Source: Ostreococcus lucimarinus (lineage: Eukaryota). Taken from it: a stretch of DNA of 64,000 bases. The DNA lies in NCBI GenBank assembly GCA_000092065.1, contig CP000595.1; one strand, written 5' to 3'. This document shows positions 49,605 through 60,628 of the stretch, piece after piece. A program made the position numbers and the translations under genes. The notes beneath the pieces are model-generated. The model was not told the origin of the DNA. It searched no databases and saw only the letters and a list, made by a program, of their open reading frames with translations. Within the stretch, counting starts at the first letter, position 1, and every line of letters begins with the position of its first letter.

Positions 49605-51890
49605 ATGGTCGAGCGCGCGCCGCGTCGTCGTCGCGCGCGCTCGCCCGTCGCGCGTCGCGCGCGTCGCGCGCTCGATCGATTCCGCGATGAACTCGGCGGT
49701 CCCGCGCCGTCGGCGTCGATCGCGACGTCGCGCGCGGCGCCGAGCGACGAGGACGACGCCGACGCGGAATCGCGACCGCGCCGGGACGACGCCGCCGCCG
49801 ACGCGCGCGGCGCGGACGTCGCGGCGCTGCGAAGCGCGCTGACGTGCGTGATCACGAACGCGCTGTTCGTGGACCCGGTGACGACGGCGTGCGGACACAC
49901 GTTCGAGCGGGACGCGCTCGCGAGGTGGCTCACGCGAGGCGAGCGAGAACGCGCGGCGGGACGAGACGGACGCGGACGCGTCGCGAGCGGGGAGGCGCCG
50001 GCGAGCTGCCCGCAGTGTCGATCGCCGCTGTATCACGAATTGCCGCACGAGTGGCCGGTGAACACGACGGTGCGGGAGTGCGTGGAGGCGACGTTCGGAA
50101 GGGAGGCGGCGCTGGGAGAGGCGGAGGCGAGACGCGAGGCGAACGCGCGAGGCGAACGCGAGGACGATCGACGAGGGCGCGACGGCGGCGAGGGAACGAG
50201 ACGACGACGCGCGCAGGATGAGGCGTGGGTGTCGACGCGAGGGAACGTGAACGTCGTGGGACCGACGTACGAGCTTCCGATGTTTTTTCTCGAGGCGTTG
50301 GTGCCGGGGCAGGAGGTCACGCTGAACGTGTTCGAGGCCAAGTATAAGGTGCTGGTGCGACGATGTTTGAGCGGATCGAGGAAGTTTTTGATGATGACGA
50401 ACGAGGATAGCAACGAGGAACATTATTTGGAGGACTTGGAAGACGACGACGCGACGGCGGCCGTCTCTCGAGGCGTGGCGGATGGGTACGGATTGACGGA
50501 TGTCGATTTGGCGCAGTTTGGGCGATTTTGCGCCGAGTGTCAAATCGTGACGTGTCAAGAGCTCGTCGATGGGCGGTTTTTGGTGCGCATTCGCGCCATG
50601 CGACACGTCTTCGTGCACAGCGCGGTGAAGGATCCATCTGGGTTCATCGTCGCCAGGTGCTCGCGCGTTCGCGACGAAATCAACGCGGATCTGAGCGTGC
50701 TCGACAACAGGGGCTTCAAAGACGACAGCGAACTGCGGAAAGCCAACGCGGCGGCGGTGAAGCTCGAACTTCGCATAGATCGCGTGCTAGAGCTTTTCGA
50801 CGTGTGGGTCGCGATGACGATCGGCTCGCGTTGGTTGTACAATTACGGCGGATCGATGAGCCAATTGCTTCAAGCCGTCGGCCCGTCTCCGCGCAGGGAA
50901 TCTCCGAGCGATCTCGCGTGGTGGATCGTGCGCGTGCTCAATCCACTGCCGACGATCGACGGCACGATCGAGATGCGATCGATTTGCTTGAACACGTCGC
51001 ACATCGACACGCGGTTTCAAGTCATAGCGCAAATGCTGATTTATTCGCTCTCCCTCGTGCAGCGCATCAACGTTCGCGACTGGACCAAGCGCGAGCACGT
51101 CGTGGCGGTGAGCGTATGCAACGAATTATTCGCGGTACTCAGCGAATCACCCAGTGATGCCGCCGGCGATTTACGTCGCGAACGATTGGTGGAGGACATC
51201 TATGAATTGCTCTACGACGTGGACTTTATCGAGCACGAAGCGTACGAAGGCTTACGCATTTGCCCTCCGGGCTACGACGACCCCCAAGGCGTGGCCGCAA
51301 AATCCTTTCTCTTAGAAAAGAGCAAGAGACCGGATCCATCGAAACAAACCGATAGCAAAAAGGCGCAGTCTGAACAGACGAAGTGGAGCGATTACCCTCC
51401 TCCGGTGTTCGACGCAGTGATGGACCGCTTGATATGGGAGCACGGTTACGGCGCGTTGGCGCTCGCGGCGTGGCGCGCGCTGTCGGATTACGAGTGCGGC
51501 GACCCCAAACTCAAGCGATGGAACGAGCGCCTTCTCGCGCATTGCCCGAGCAGCATCAATGTCGGGACGCACGTGAAGGACACGAACGAGCTGTTGCGAT
51601 TATCCCGCAAGTTCAGCAAGTGTCTTCGCCGCGACATGCGATGCGGCTTTTACAAATTTTTATACCTCTTCGACTTGTGTCGAATGCTCGTCTATTTAGT
51701 CTACCGCGTCCTCGTGTTGGTCATCTTCGCCCTCGGATTCTTGTTCGAGCTCGCCTTCGACCGTGAGTTCCACGGTGGGCACAGAACCGCCGCACGCGGG
51801 CTCTTCATGGCTGTCGCAATCGGCGCGGCGAGCGGCTTGTTCGCTCGAAGCTCGCTCGACGCGTACTTGGGTCGCGTTCGGAGCGAATGA
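49605..51890 (+). CDS. RING-finger plus Lon N-terminal-domain protein (LONRF-like) with C-terminal TM helices
   Basis: RING motif CVITNALFVDPVTTACGHTFERDALARWL...CPQCR is present. The LON N-domain is LPMFFLEALVPGQEVTLNVFEAKYKVLV. The C-terminal TM segment is LVYLVYRVLVLVIFALGFLF. Start is taken at MVERAP. Confidence 0.6.
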   Translation: MVERAPRRRRARSPVARRARRALDRFRDELGGPAPSASIATSRAAPSDEDDADAESRPRRDDAAADARGADVAALRSALTCVITNALFVDPVTTACGHTFERDALARWLTRGERERAAGRDGRGRVASGEAPASCPQCRSPLYHELPHEWPVNTTVRECVEATFGREAALGEAEARREANARGEREDDRRGRDGGEGTRRRRAQDEAWVSTRGNVNVVGPTYELPMFFLEALVPGQEVTLNVFEAKYKVLVRRCLSGSRKFLMMTNEDSNEEHYLEDLEDDDATAAVSRGVADGYGLTDVDLAQFGRFCAECQIVTCQELVDGRFLVRIRAMRHVFVHSAVKDPSGFIVARCSRVRDEINADLSVLDNRGFKDDSELRKANAAAVKLELRIDRVLELFDVWVAMTIGSRWLYNYGGSMSQLLQAVGPSPRRESPSDLAWWIVRVLNPLPTIDGTIEMRSICLNTSHIDTRFQVIAQMLIYSLSLVQRINVRDWTKREHVVAVSVCNELFAVLSESPSDAAGDLRRERLVEDIYELLYDVDFIEHEAYEGLRICPPGYDDPQGVAAKSFLLEKSKRPDPSKQTDSKKAQSEQTKWSDYPPPVFDAVMDRLIWEHGYGALALAAWRALSDYECGDPKLKRWNERLLAHCPSSINVGTHVKDTNELLRLSRKFSKCLRRDMRCGFYKFLYLFDLCRMLVYLVYRVLVLVIFALGFLFELAFDREFHGGHRTAARGLFMAVAIGAASGLFARSSLDAYLGRVRSE

Positions 51891-51922
51891 ATGAGTCATT
51901 TGATGTAAGCATAACAGTAAAT

Positions 51923-52552
51923 CTACCCCCGCTTCTGGCGCTTATTATCCAACACCGCCTTCGTCGCCACCACGCGCCCGCTCCGACCGTACCTCCACCG
52001 CTCGTACTCCGCCTGCGCCATCCTTCCCGCGTCCCAAATCCTCCGCTCCTCGCGCGACAGCAACCGCTCCGTCTTATCGTCGTCGCCTACCCTTCCGATC
52101 GAATCCACCAGCACTTCCCGCCACCGTCGCTCCAACGCATCACTTATCTTTTCCTTCAACTCGATCACCGGTTCCATCGCCTCCGCGTCGTCTCCCGCGT
52201 CTCGTTCGAGCGCGTCCAACGTCGCCCTCGCGAATCCAAAGTACGACTCGCACGTCGTCCTCAAGTTTGTGATCTTCGCCCCGTCCTCCGCCTTCAACAG
52301 CGCGAACACGTCGTCCGCGAACGCCGCGGGCGTCTCACAAATGTACACGTCCTTCGCCATCTCCCCGTCCAGCCACCACAGCGGCACGGGCGCGCGATGC
52401 TCCTTCGGGACGTCGGCGCGACCGTTTGAATCCTTCTTCGCCTTGGGACCGATGACTTCCGGGCCGACCGTCGCCGCGCCCCACGCGAACTCCACCGTGA
52501 CCGCGTGTTCGCGCGCTAAGAAATCATCGATGTCGTAGTAATCCCGCCGCAT
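51923..52552 (-). CDS. GINS3: GINS complex subunit Psf3
   Basis: DYYDIDDFLAREHAVTVEF, PVPLWWL and ESYFGFARATL align with GINS3 blocks (NFLSLDDILMSHEKLP, LPLWLA, HFYGFGSQLL). Confidence 0.6.
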   Translation of the reverse strand: MRRDYYDIDDFLAREHAVTVEFAWGAATVGPEVIGPKAKKDSNGRADVPKEHRAPVPLWWLDGEMAKDVYICETPAAFADDVFALLKAEDGAKITNLRTTCESYFGFARATLDALERDAGDDAEAMEPVIELKEKISDALERRWREVLVDSIGRVGDDDKTERLLSREERRIWDAGRMAQAEYERWRYGRSGRVVATKAVLDNKRQKRG

Positions 52553-52635
52553 CTCGCCCGCGCGATCGACGCGCGCGTCGCGAAGTGTCGCCGAGCCGTC
52601 GCGCGCCGTCCCGAAAAGCGCACCGGCCGCACACG

Positions 52636-53283
52636 ATGACGCCCGCAGACGTCGAAGCGACGTCGTTCGACGACGTCGACGCGCTCGTGTTCGACTGCGA
52701 TGGAACGCTGATCGACACCATGGGATTGTTTTACGTCGCCGACGTCCGGGCGTGCGACGAGGTCGGGGTGAAGATGTCGAAGGGGACGTTTTACGAGCTC
52801 GCGGGCGTCCCCATACGGGACATATTCCGTAAACTGTGCGTCGAACAGGGCGCGGCGAGCGACGACGCGACGCTGGACGCGATGGTGCGGTCGTGCGGCG
52901 CGCACGCGCGCGCGCTCGGGCCGCCGAAGGCGATCGAGTGCGTCGTGGAGGTGGCGAGGAACGCGAAGGCGCGCGGGAAACGCGTCGCCGTGGCGTCGAG
53001 CGGCGTCAAGACGACCGTGCTCGAGCACCTCGAGCACCACGGATTATTAGATTTATTCGAAGTCGTCGTCACGTGCGAGGACGTGACGCGCGGGAAGCCC
53101 GCGCCGGATCTGTACGCGCTCGCGGCGGAAAAATTAGGCGTCGCGCCCGAGCGGTGCTGCGCGTACGAGGACGCCGTCCTCGGCGTGGAGAGCGCGCGCG
53201 CCGCGGGGTACAAGCGCGTCGTGGACGTTCGCGCGATGTCTGGGTACCATCCGACGGATTATTTATGCTCGAACGAGCCGTAG
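52636..53283 (+). CDS. HAD-superfamily phosphatase (beta-phosphoglucomutase-like subfamily)
   Basis: Motif I LVFDCDGTLIDT, motif II VAVASSG, motif III K in RGKPAPD and motif IV YEDAVLG are present. Confidence 0.75.
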   Translation: MTPADVEATSFDDVDALVFDCDGTLIDTMGLFYVADVRACDEVGVKMSKGTFYELAGVPIRDIFRKLCVEQGAASDDATLDAMVRSCGAHARALGPPKAIECVVEVARNAKARGKRVAVASSGVKTTVLEHLEHHGLLDLFEVVVTCEDVTRGKPAPDLYALAAEKLGVAPERCCAYEDAVLGVESARAAGYKRVVDVRAMSGYHPTDYLCSNEP

Positions 53284-53348
53284 CGCGCGCTGTATTCTTT
53301 CCCTCGCGTCTCGCGTTCCTTCGTCGGCGGCACACCTCGACGCGAGCG

Positions 53349-54293
53349 ATGCGCGCGGCCGCGGCGTCCGTCGTCGCCGTTCGCGTCCTCGCGCGCGCGT
53401 CGTCCTCGCGCGCGCGCGCGTCGTTCTCGCGCGCGCGCGCGATGTCGCGCGCGTCGCCGACGTTCGTGGACACGCACGCGCACGTCGACGTCGTGCTGGA
53501 TAAACTCGGCCTGCCCTCCGCGGATGCGTACCTCGAGTACGCCGACGCGTTCGCGCGCGAGCACGGCGCCGCGGCCGCGCTCGAGGCGTGCGTCACGATC
53601 GGATGCTCGGAGAAGAGCCTCGCGAGCGCGGCGGCGGTCGTGGACGGGAGCGAGAGAATGTTCGGCGCGTACGGGTGTCACCCGCTGAGCGCGCGAGAGT
53701 GGACGAGGACGAGGACGCGCGTTCGCGAGATGTTGACCACGGGCGCGCGCGTCGTCGCGGTCGGAGAGACGGGATTGGATTATCACAGGATCCGCGACGA
53801 CGCGGAGGACGGGGAGGACGCGGAGGCGTACAAGACGACGCAAAGGGACGCGTTCGCGGAGCAAATGCGCTTGGCGACGGAACTCGGGCTGCCGCTCATC
53901 GTGCACACGCGAGAGGCCGAGACGGACACCGTCGCGATGATGAAGGAACATTTACCCGCGGACGCGCGCGTGCACGTGCACTGCTTCACGTCGAGCGTCG
54001 GGATGGCGATGGAATTGTTGCGCGCGTTTCCAAATTTGTGCCTCGGCTTCACCGGCGTATCGACGTTTAAAAACGGGCAGGACGTTCGCGACACGATCAA
54101 AGAGGTACCGCTCGATCGCATTTTGCTCGAAACCGACTCGCCGTACATGGCGCCGGTTCCATTCAGAGGGCAAACGTGCCACCCCGCGATGGGCGAGCGC
54201 GTCGCGCACGCCGTCGCCGCCGTGCACGAAGTCGACGTCGAGGAAGTCTTCGCGCGATGCCGCGAGAACACGAGGCGCGTGTACGGCATTTAA
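53349..54293 (+). CDS. TatD-family metal-dependent hydrolase/DNase
   Basis: FVDTHAHVD, AVGETGLDYHR, LPLIVHTREAE, VHCFTSS, GFTGV and LLETDSPY are present. Start is taken at MRAAAAS, which looks like a presequence. Confidence 0.85.
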   Translation: MRAAAASVVAVRVLARASSSRARASFSRARAMSRASPTFVDTHAHVDVVLDKLGLPSADAYLEYADAFAREHGAAAALEACVTIGCSEKSLASAAAVVDGSERMFGAYGCHPLSAREWTRTRTRVREMLTTGARVVAVGETGLDYHRIRDDAEDGEDAEAYKTTQRDAFAEQMRLATELGLPLIVHTREAETDTVAMMKEHLPADARVHVHCFTSSVGMAMELLRAFPNLCLGFTGVSTFKNGQDVRDTIKEVPLDRILLETDSPYMAPVPFRGQTCHPAMGERVAHAVAAVHEVDVEEVFARCRENTRRVYGI

Positions 54294-54417
54294 GTGTATT
54301 CCTAGAACCATCAGCCATTGCATCCGATTCATCATTAACCGTAATCTTTCGCCGCGTCCCGCGTTCGCGTCCCGCGTTCGCGTCCCGCGCGGCATTCCGC
54401 GCCCCTCGGCCGTCGTC

Positions 54418-55527
54418 ATGCCGCGCCCGCGCCTCGTCGAGACCATGCTCGACGCCGACAACGCGTCCACGCGCGCGCGCGCCTTCGAACGCGGCGCGAC
54501 GCTCCAGCCCGAATACGATTCGTTCTCTTGGCTCAAGACTGCGCTCCTCGCGACGCCTCGCGCGCGCGGCTTGCGCGCGTTCGCCTGGCCCTGGCTCTGT
54601 ATCAACGGCGTGAGCGTGTTGTGGACGTCGCTCTACGAGCTCGCGCTGCCCAAGCGGACGTCGTCGCTCGGAAGCTTCGGCATGGTGTACCAGCTCGTGT
54701 TCTCGACGATGGGATTTCTGTTGGTTTTTCGGTTGAGCCGAGCGGCGGTGCGGTTCTGGGATTGCCGCGCGGCGTTCGGGAACTTTAACGTCGGCGTGCG
54801 AAGGCTCGTGGACGTGGCGCTGGTGCACGGGAAAGGACGAGACGCGCGGGCGCTGGATGATGTGTGCGCGTGGGCGTGCGCGTTCGTCGTGGCGAGTAAA
54901 CAGTTTTTGCGAGGCGTGAAGACGATTTCGGCGGAGGAGGTGATGGGGATTCTGAGCGACGATGACCGGAAGCGAGTGGAGAACGCGAGACATCCGCCGT
55001 TGTATTGCGCGTCGATGCTCAGACGGGCGATTCATCGCGCGTTCGGGGTGGATGAGAAAGGCGGGACGACGAGCGATACGATTCGACTCGAGTCGCGCTT
55101 GCGGCAGTTGCACGAGCAGTGTGATTTTTTAATCACCAACGAGGGCGCGTTAGAGCGATTGCGAGGGACCAAGTTGCCGATGATCTACGTGATGCATTTG
55201 AGAACGTTTTTAATGGCGTATTGCGTCTCTATGCCGTTCGTGTTCGTAAACCAGTGGCGCTGGGGGACAATCGTCGCCGTCGCCGTCGTGTCCTTCGCGC
55301 TGTTGGGCATCGAGGGCGCGGCGACGGAGTGCGAGATTCCATTCTCTGCCGACCACGCGAATCACTTGCGGATGGATCAGTACGCGCAAGCGTGTCTTTT
55401 GAGCGTTGGTGCGTACTTGGCGTGGAACGAGCGGCTCGAGGGAGCAAACGATTTCGGTCATCGCGAGGGCAACGTCTCGTGCGCGTCGCTCGAAGATTTA
55501 GTCATCGACGTCGATACGAACGTCTAG
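54418..55527 (+). CDS. bestrophin/UPF0187 family anion-channel-like protein
   Basis: RFWDCRAAFGNF, a 4-TM layout and EIPFSADHANHLRMDQY are typical of the family. Confidence 0.7.
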   Translation: MPRPRLVETMLDADNASTRARAFERGATLQPEYDSFSWLKTALLATPRARGLRAFAWPWLCINGVSVLWTSLYELALPKRTSSLGSFGMVYQLVFSTMGFLLVFRLSRAAVRFWDCRAAFGNFNVGVRRLVDVALVHGKGRDARALDDVCAWACAFVVASKQFLRGVKTISAEEVMGILSDDDRKRVENARHPPLYCASMLRRAIHRAFGVDEKGGTTSDTIRLESRLRQLHEQCDFLITNEGALERLRGTKLPMIYVMHLRTFLMAYCVSMPFVFVNQWRWGTIVAVAVVSFALLGIEGAATECEIPFSADHANHLRMDQYAQACLLSVGAYLAWNERLEGANDFGHREGNVSCASLEDLVIDVDTNV

Positions 55528-55594
55528 AGCACCTGAATGTCGGTAGAAGTATACTTATTATTAAACGCAAGAGCATGCAAGAGCGCGCGCGCGA

Positions 55595-56749
55595 TCACTT
55601 GGCGAAGCCGCCGTAGATTTCTTTGACGTTCTCGATCGCGTACACTTCGCCGTGTTCGGGGAGGACGCCAAAGGACAAATCAAACGACACGACGCCGCAG
55701 TTGACGATTTTCTTCTTCTTTCCCGGGCACGTCGAGTCGAAGGGTAAATACGTCTTGAAGAACTCGCGGAACCAGATGGAGTGACCGCCGGCGATGACGA
55801 CGTCGGCGTCCTGATTCATCACCCACGCGGCGAACTCTCGCATGGAGTCGCGGCCTTTTCGGTTGAGCTTCTTCTGACCGGCGTTCGACGACGCGTCGAA
55901 GAGTTTAGCTTCGTCGACGCTGGACACGCCGAGTTCTTTCGCGAGCGTTTGTGTCGGCACAAAATCGCCCTTCTTACACGCCAACGCATACGTGTCGACG
56001 TTGCGCGCCATCTCTTGCAAAGCGCTGTGAATGATTATTTTATCGTTCGCCTTCGCGTTCGACAACCGGCACCACAGCGCGTGCGCAGTGGTGTTCACCG
56101 CTCGCCGCAAATTACTGCTCGCGATGACCGATTTACCTCGAAGCCCCAACATGACGTCCACGACGTCACCGACGTATCCTTTCGTCTGGCTCTTCGCCGC
56201 GCGAGACGCCGATTCCGTCGCGAAGTGCGCGCGCAGCGCCTGCGCCTGCGCCACCCCCGTCGCGCTCAGCGGCGAATCCAAAAAAAACGAATCTCGCGCG
56301 AAAAACTTCCCCAGCTCCGCGATGACGCCCCCGATCAGTCGCACTGGAAACGTGTGATCAAACTTTCGATTGAACACCTCGTTCCACGTGCTCTCACCGT
56401 GTCGAATGAAGACGACGGTGCGCGTCTTCGTCGCCCGCGTCGCCAGCGTCTTCGGGTCCACCTTCGACCGCTTCCATCGCTTCTCATCGCTCGCCACCAG
56501 GTGCGCGTTCGCGCGCACCGCGTCGTGCACCTTTCGCACGCCGCGTTTCGCGCGCTTATCGACGAGCGACGCGCAGAGCAGGGCGCCGTACGCGGTGAGC
56601 AGCGCGCGCAGAATCATCGCAATCGTCGCCGCGCGCGCCCCGCTCGTCGCGCTCGAGCCCGCGTCCGCGAACCGCAGCGCGCCGAACAGCGCGTCCGCGA
56701 GCGCGCGCGCGATCGAACGCTCGATCGGCGGCGGCGCGCGCGAGAACAT
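55595..56749 (-). CDS. histidine-phosphatase superfamily (phosphoglycerate-mutase-like) protein
   Basis: The RHG catalytic motif VVFIRHGESTWNE and a second His in GGHSIWFREF are present. Confidence 0.75.
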   Translation of the reverse strand: MFSRAPPPIERSIARALADALFGALRFADAGSSATSGARAATIAMILRALLTAYGALLCASLVDKRAKRGVRKVHDAVRANAHLVASDEKRWKRSKVDPKTLATRATKTRTVVFIRHGESTWNEVFNRKFDHTFPVRLIGGVIAELGKFFARDSFFLDSPLSATGVAQAQALRAHFATESASRAAKSQTKGYVGDVVDVMLGLRGKSVIASSNLRRAVNTTAHALWCRLSNAKANDKIIIHSALQEMARNVDTYALACKKGDFVPTQTLAKELGVSSVDEAKLFDASSNAGQKKLNRKGRDSMREFAAWVMNQDADVVIAGGHSIWFREFFKTYLPFDSTCPGKKKKIVNCGVVSFDLSFGVLPEHGEVYAIENVKEIYGGFAK

Positions 56750-56871
56750 GCGCGTCGAAGAGTGCCGCGGTCGTCTGCCGTCGTCCTTCGTCCTTCGTCA
56801 TTCGCCGACGGCCGTCGACGCGACGCTCGACGGTTCGCGCGACGCGCGCGACGCGCGCGCGGCGACGCGCG

Positions 56872-57807
56872 ATGCCCGAGCGACGCGCGGACGCGCGCGG
56901 GCGGCGCGCGCGGACGATTGTATCCGTCGTTCGCGATGGCTGTCGTCGCTTCATCGCGCGCGCGCTCCGCGCCGGCCCGATCCCGCGGCACGTGGCGGTG
57001 ATCATGGATGGGAATCGTCGGTTCGCTTGCGCGAGCGGCGTGGCGCTGGCGCGCGGGCACGCGCGCGGCGCGGACGTGCTCAGGGAGGCGTGCGCGTGGT
57101 GCTTCGAGCTCGGCGTGGAGACGCTGAGCGTCTACGCGCTGAGCACGGAGAATTTCAAGCGCTCGGAGCGCGAGCTCGAGGCGTTGTTCGATTTGGCGTG
57201 CGGGGAAATCGGAACGCTGATCGACGACGAAGGGTTGCGACTTAGAGAGGCGCGCGTGCACGTGAGCGGGGATTTGGACGCGCTGCCGAAGCGCGTGCGA
57301 GACAAGGCGAAGGAGGCGATGGAAAAGACGAAGGATAATCGAGGACCGATGTTGAACGTGTGCATGGCGTACACGGGGCGAGAGGATATCGCGCGCGCGG
57401 TGATGAAGACGCGGGAAGACGTCCGGGGAGGAGCGTTGGACGCGAGCGAGGTGGACGAACGCGCGGTGGCGTCGCGATTGCACGGCGCCGAGCGGGAAAT
57501 CGAGCTCGGAGCAGGCATGCCGGAGGTTGATTTGCTCGTGCGCACGAGCGGGGAAACGCGGTTGAGCGATTTTATGCTCTTCAACGCGCGATTCGCGAAG
57601 TTGGTGTTCGTGGAGGTGTTGTGGCCGGATTTCACGTTTATGGATTTTGTGCACGCGGTTTGGCAGTATCAGCTCGGGGCGAAGGATTTGAAACGGTCGA
57701 GACAGGCGTACGGCGACGCGAATGCGATCGAGGCGGAATCTGCCGTCGTCGCCGAGGTTCGCGTTCAGCCGGGGCGCGTGGCGAAAGGGGCGAAGCGTAG
57801 TGTGTAG
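56872..57807 (+). CDS. cis-prenyltransferase (undecaprenyl/dehydrodolichyl diphosphate synthase)
   Basis: HVAVIMDGNRRFA, LSVYALSTENFKRS, NVCMAYTGRED and DLLVRTSGETRLSDFMLF are present. Confidence 0.85.
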   Translation: MPERRADARGRRARTIVSVVRDGCRRFIARALRAGPIPRHVAVIMDGNRRFACASGVALARGHARGADVLREACAWCFELGVETLSVYALSTENFKRSERELEALFDLACGEIGTLIDDEGLRLREARVHVSGDLDALPKRVRDKAKEAMEKTKDNRGPMLNVCMAYTGREDIARAVMKTREDVRGGALDASEVDERAVASRLHGAEREIELGAGMPEVDLLVRTSGETRLSDFMLFNARFAKLVFVEVLWPDFTFMDFVHAVWQYQLGAKDLKRSRQAYGDANAIEAESAVVAEVRVQPGRVAKGAKRSV

Positions 57808-57908
57808 TCTAGTTTGTGTGCAATTGTAGTTGTTAGATGATGATTCGCGACGACGAGGGATGTACGTGACGCGCGAACCCGTCGCACTCGTCGACGCGCG
57901 CTCGGTCG

Positions 57909-59420
57909 ATGCGCGCGAGTCTCTTGCGCGCGACGACAGTTGTTCTCCTGTTATATGCATCGACCGTGGCGAACGCGGCGTCGCTTAATGCTTTCGGTCA
58001 GGACGGTTTGTTTGAGTTCGACACCGTGACGGTTGCCATCCCATCCGCGTCGGCTCGCGAGGGAGGGGAAATCGTCGTCACGCATCCCACGGGCGTGATG
58101 GATGAACCCGCGCCGCTCGTGCTCTTCATGTTTCCAATACACGGTTTTCCGTTCTCGACATGGCGAACGCTCATGGCGAACGTCATTCGCGCGCTTGCGT
58201 CCAACGGCTTTGCCGTCGCGACGCCGGCGAGTATCGACCCGAACGGGAATCGCCCGATCCAAGGAGGCATGTTCCCAGGAACCACTTCGACGGTGAGCGG
58301 CATCGATCTTCGCGAGATGGCGACGCGCTATCTGAATTTTTTCACGCACGCGAGCAGGTACTTGGTCGACCTCGCGCAGTCGGATCCGAGCTTCGCGTTG
58401 CACGGCAAGCTCGATACGTCTCGCATCGGCACGATGGGCTTCAGCGTCGGCGGCGCTCTATCGCAATACCTCGCTCAGCGGCTAGATGCGGAGCTCCCCG
58501 GAAGAGTGGTAGCAGAAGTCGCGCTCGCGCCTACCATCGGCACGGAAGTTCCCTTCACAGGCGTCGACGACATCGGCGCCGAATTGTTTCGCGAGTTCGC
58601 GAGCTCGATGACGGTCCCAACCGTCTTTGTCGCCGGAGAAAACGATGGAATGGGTGGTCTGCGAGATTCGGCGATTTACTACGACCAATCGCGCGCACCG
58701 AGAGTGCGTGTGACTGCTGGTAATGGCGCCACGCATTGTCACGCCATCGTGCCGATGAGCGAATGCGATCTCGTTCAAGGCACCAGAGGTTTACAGAGCT
58801 TGGACTCCATCATCGCGCACGCGATGATGACGCTGTATCTTCGGCCAGACACGCCACGTTGGCGCGACGAACGTGAGTTAGCGACGGAAATCATATGGCG
58901 TGATGGTCTCGAGGCGCTTCACGCGCAAATGGTGACGCCGCTCGCGCCGCCGAACCGCGCGTGGGAGATTAGAAAAGTCGAACGCGATCCCGAGTTGTCT
59001 TTGACGATGAACGCGTATTCGGTCGCCGCACCGCTCGCGCCGCAATCGGTCGAGCTCATCGCTGTGGTGCGTTCATCGTCGCGCGCCGACGAATGCGACG
59101 AAGTGCAGGTGACGGTGGAGAACGTTCCAGTCGGCATCGAGGCGACGGTGACGCGATTATCGCCGACAGAGTTTGGAGTCGACGTGCGATGGACGACGGT
59201 GCCACAGCGCGCGCGCGGCGCACAAACGCGACAGTTTCTCGGAAACTTGCTCAACGCGAGATCAAACAGGCGTCCAGTCCAGGTGTCGAGCGAGTTCGGA
59301 CCTCGCGTCGGCTTCGCCGCGCCCTCGCAGAGCGTGTTGACGATTCAGGCGAAACACGCGTGCGTGCGATCCGGCTTCGCCTTCGCGGACGTCTTCGTGA
59401 ACCAGCCGTACGCGTATTGA
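57909..59420 (+). CDS. secreted alpha/beta-hydrolase (chlorophyllase/dienelactone-hydrolase-like fold)
   Basis: A signal peptide MRASLLRATTVVLLLYASTVANA is present, and the GxSxG nucleophile elbow is in GTMGFSVGGA. Confidence 0.65.
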   Translation: MRASLLRATTVVLLLYASTVANAASLNAFGQDGLFEFDTVTVAIPSASAREGGEIVVTHPTGVMDEPAPLVLFMFPIHGFPFSTWRTLMANVIRALASNGFAVATPASIDPNGNRPIQGGMFPGTTSTVSGIDLREMATRYLNFFTHASRYLVDLAQSDPSFALHGKLDTSRIGTMGFSVGGALSQYLAQRLDAELPGRVVAEVALAPTIGTEVPFTGVDDIGAELFREFASSMTVPTVFVAGENDGMGGLRDSAIYYDQSRAPRVRVTAGNGATHCHAIVPMSECDLVQGTRGLQSLDSIIAHAMMTLYLRPDTPRWRDERELATEIIWRDGLEALHAQMVTPLAPPNRAWEIRKVERDPELSLTMNAYSVAAPLAPQSVELIAVVRSSSRADECDEVQVTVENVPVGIEATVTRLSPTEFGVDVRWTTVPQRARGAQTRQFLGNLLNARSNRRPVQVSSEFGPRVGFAAPSQSVLTIQAKHACVRSGFAFADVFVNQPYAY

Positions 59421-59508
59421 TGAGACGCAAATGATATAAAGTGGCATCACAACATCATAATTTCACACGCGCGCGCCGCTCGCCTAACGAATGTGGTGCC
59501 TAAAAGAC

Positions 59509-60387
59509 TCAATTATCGACGCCGACTCGCCCGTCGAATCCGTCGAGCGCCCCCCCCCACGAATCGACCGGCGGTAACTCCACCGCGAATCGATTGAACG
59601 GCACGCGCCCGGTGCCCGACGAGCGCACTCGACCGTCCATTCGCAACCCAACGTAAACCCCTTTATCGTCGCTCACCTTTGACATCTTCTTCTGTTCCGC
59701 GACCCACTCCAACCAATCGTTCGCGCGCAGCGGCGTGCATCGAAACTTGCGATCCTCGGCGCTCGGCGCCTCGATCGCGCCGTCTCCTCGAATCACCGGC
59801 ACCACGAGCACCCCGCGCTCGATCAACGCCTCCCTGACGTCCTCCGCGTCCTCCAGCGCGGTTCGCGCGTACGCCTCGTCCCCGCTCACCACGACTACCC
59901 TCGAAAACGACCGCAAATCCTCCAACCGCACCGTCTTCCCCCCCGCGAGCTCCACCCGCAATCGCCCCAACCTCTCCTCGCGCCCGATCCTCGCCATCTG
60001 TCGCTCGCGCGCCGCCTCCTCTCGCGCGTACAGCCACGCGAACGTCGCCAGCGCCGCGCCGTCGATCGCCAAATTCTCCAGCGATCCCTCCAGCGGCGGC
60101 GCGTTCGGCGCCCCCGCCGCCTTCGTCGCCGCCTGGATCGTCGCGATCCCGAATCCGATCGTCGCCGACGCCGCGCACGCGCCGTAGAGGAACTGTCGAG
60201 CCACGCGAAACGGCGCCTGCGCCTCGCTTCGCAGTTTCGTCTCGTTCGAGTACCGCGCGTCGTCGTCCTCGAGCGCGCGTCGCGGCGTCGTCGTCGCGCG
60301 TCGCGCCGGCCGTCGCGCCGCGCGTCGCGCCGTCGGTCGCGCCGCCGGTCGCGCGCTCGACCGCGCCGGCGCCGTCGCCATCGCCAT
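59509..60387 (-). CDS. hypothetical organelle-targeted protein
   Basis: The 292-aa product starts [11 protein letters not shown] (Ala/Arg-rich), with a hydrophobic segment [19 protein letters not shown] and a conserved-looking core [35 protein letters not shown]. No family was recognised. The ORF-track start at 61284 is read-through. Confidence 0.45.
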   Translation of the reverse strand: MAMATAPARSSARPAARPTARRAARRPARRATTTPRRALEDDDARYSNETKLRSEAQAPFRVARQFLYGACAASATIGFGIATIQAATKAAGAPNAPPLEGSLENLAIDGAALATFAWLYAREEAARERQMARIGREERLGRLRVELAGGKTVRLEDLRSFSRVVVVSGDEAYARTALEDAEDVREALIERGVLVVPVIRGDGAIEAPSAEDRKFRCTPLRANDWLEWVAEQKKMSKVSDDKGVYVGLRMDGRVRSSGTGRVPFNRFAVELPPVDSWGGALDGFDGRVGVDN

Positions 60388-60628
60388 CGCCGCGCGTCGT
60401 CGTCCCCCGTCGACGCAGTGCGCGGTCTTCGAGCATCGTACCCGGTCCGTGTTTTTAATCGACGAACCGCGAGACTCGGGTTCGAATCCCACGATCCGCG
60501 TCAGCGTCGCGGACGCGCGACACCGCCGCGACGACGCGACGCCGCGACGACGCGCGCGCGCGACGCGACGCGCGCGCCGACGACGACGACGACCGCGACG
60601 ACGACGACCGCGCGCGAATCTCGACGCG

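Noticed and set aside
60470-60495. tRNA-like T-arm / Pol III B-box GGGTTCGAATCCC
   Set aside because: The flanking sequence cannot form a T-stem longer than 3 bp, nor an acceptor stem. No A-box was found upstream. It is probably a chance match in a promoter.
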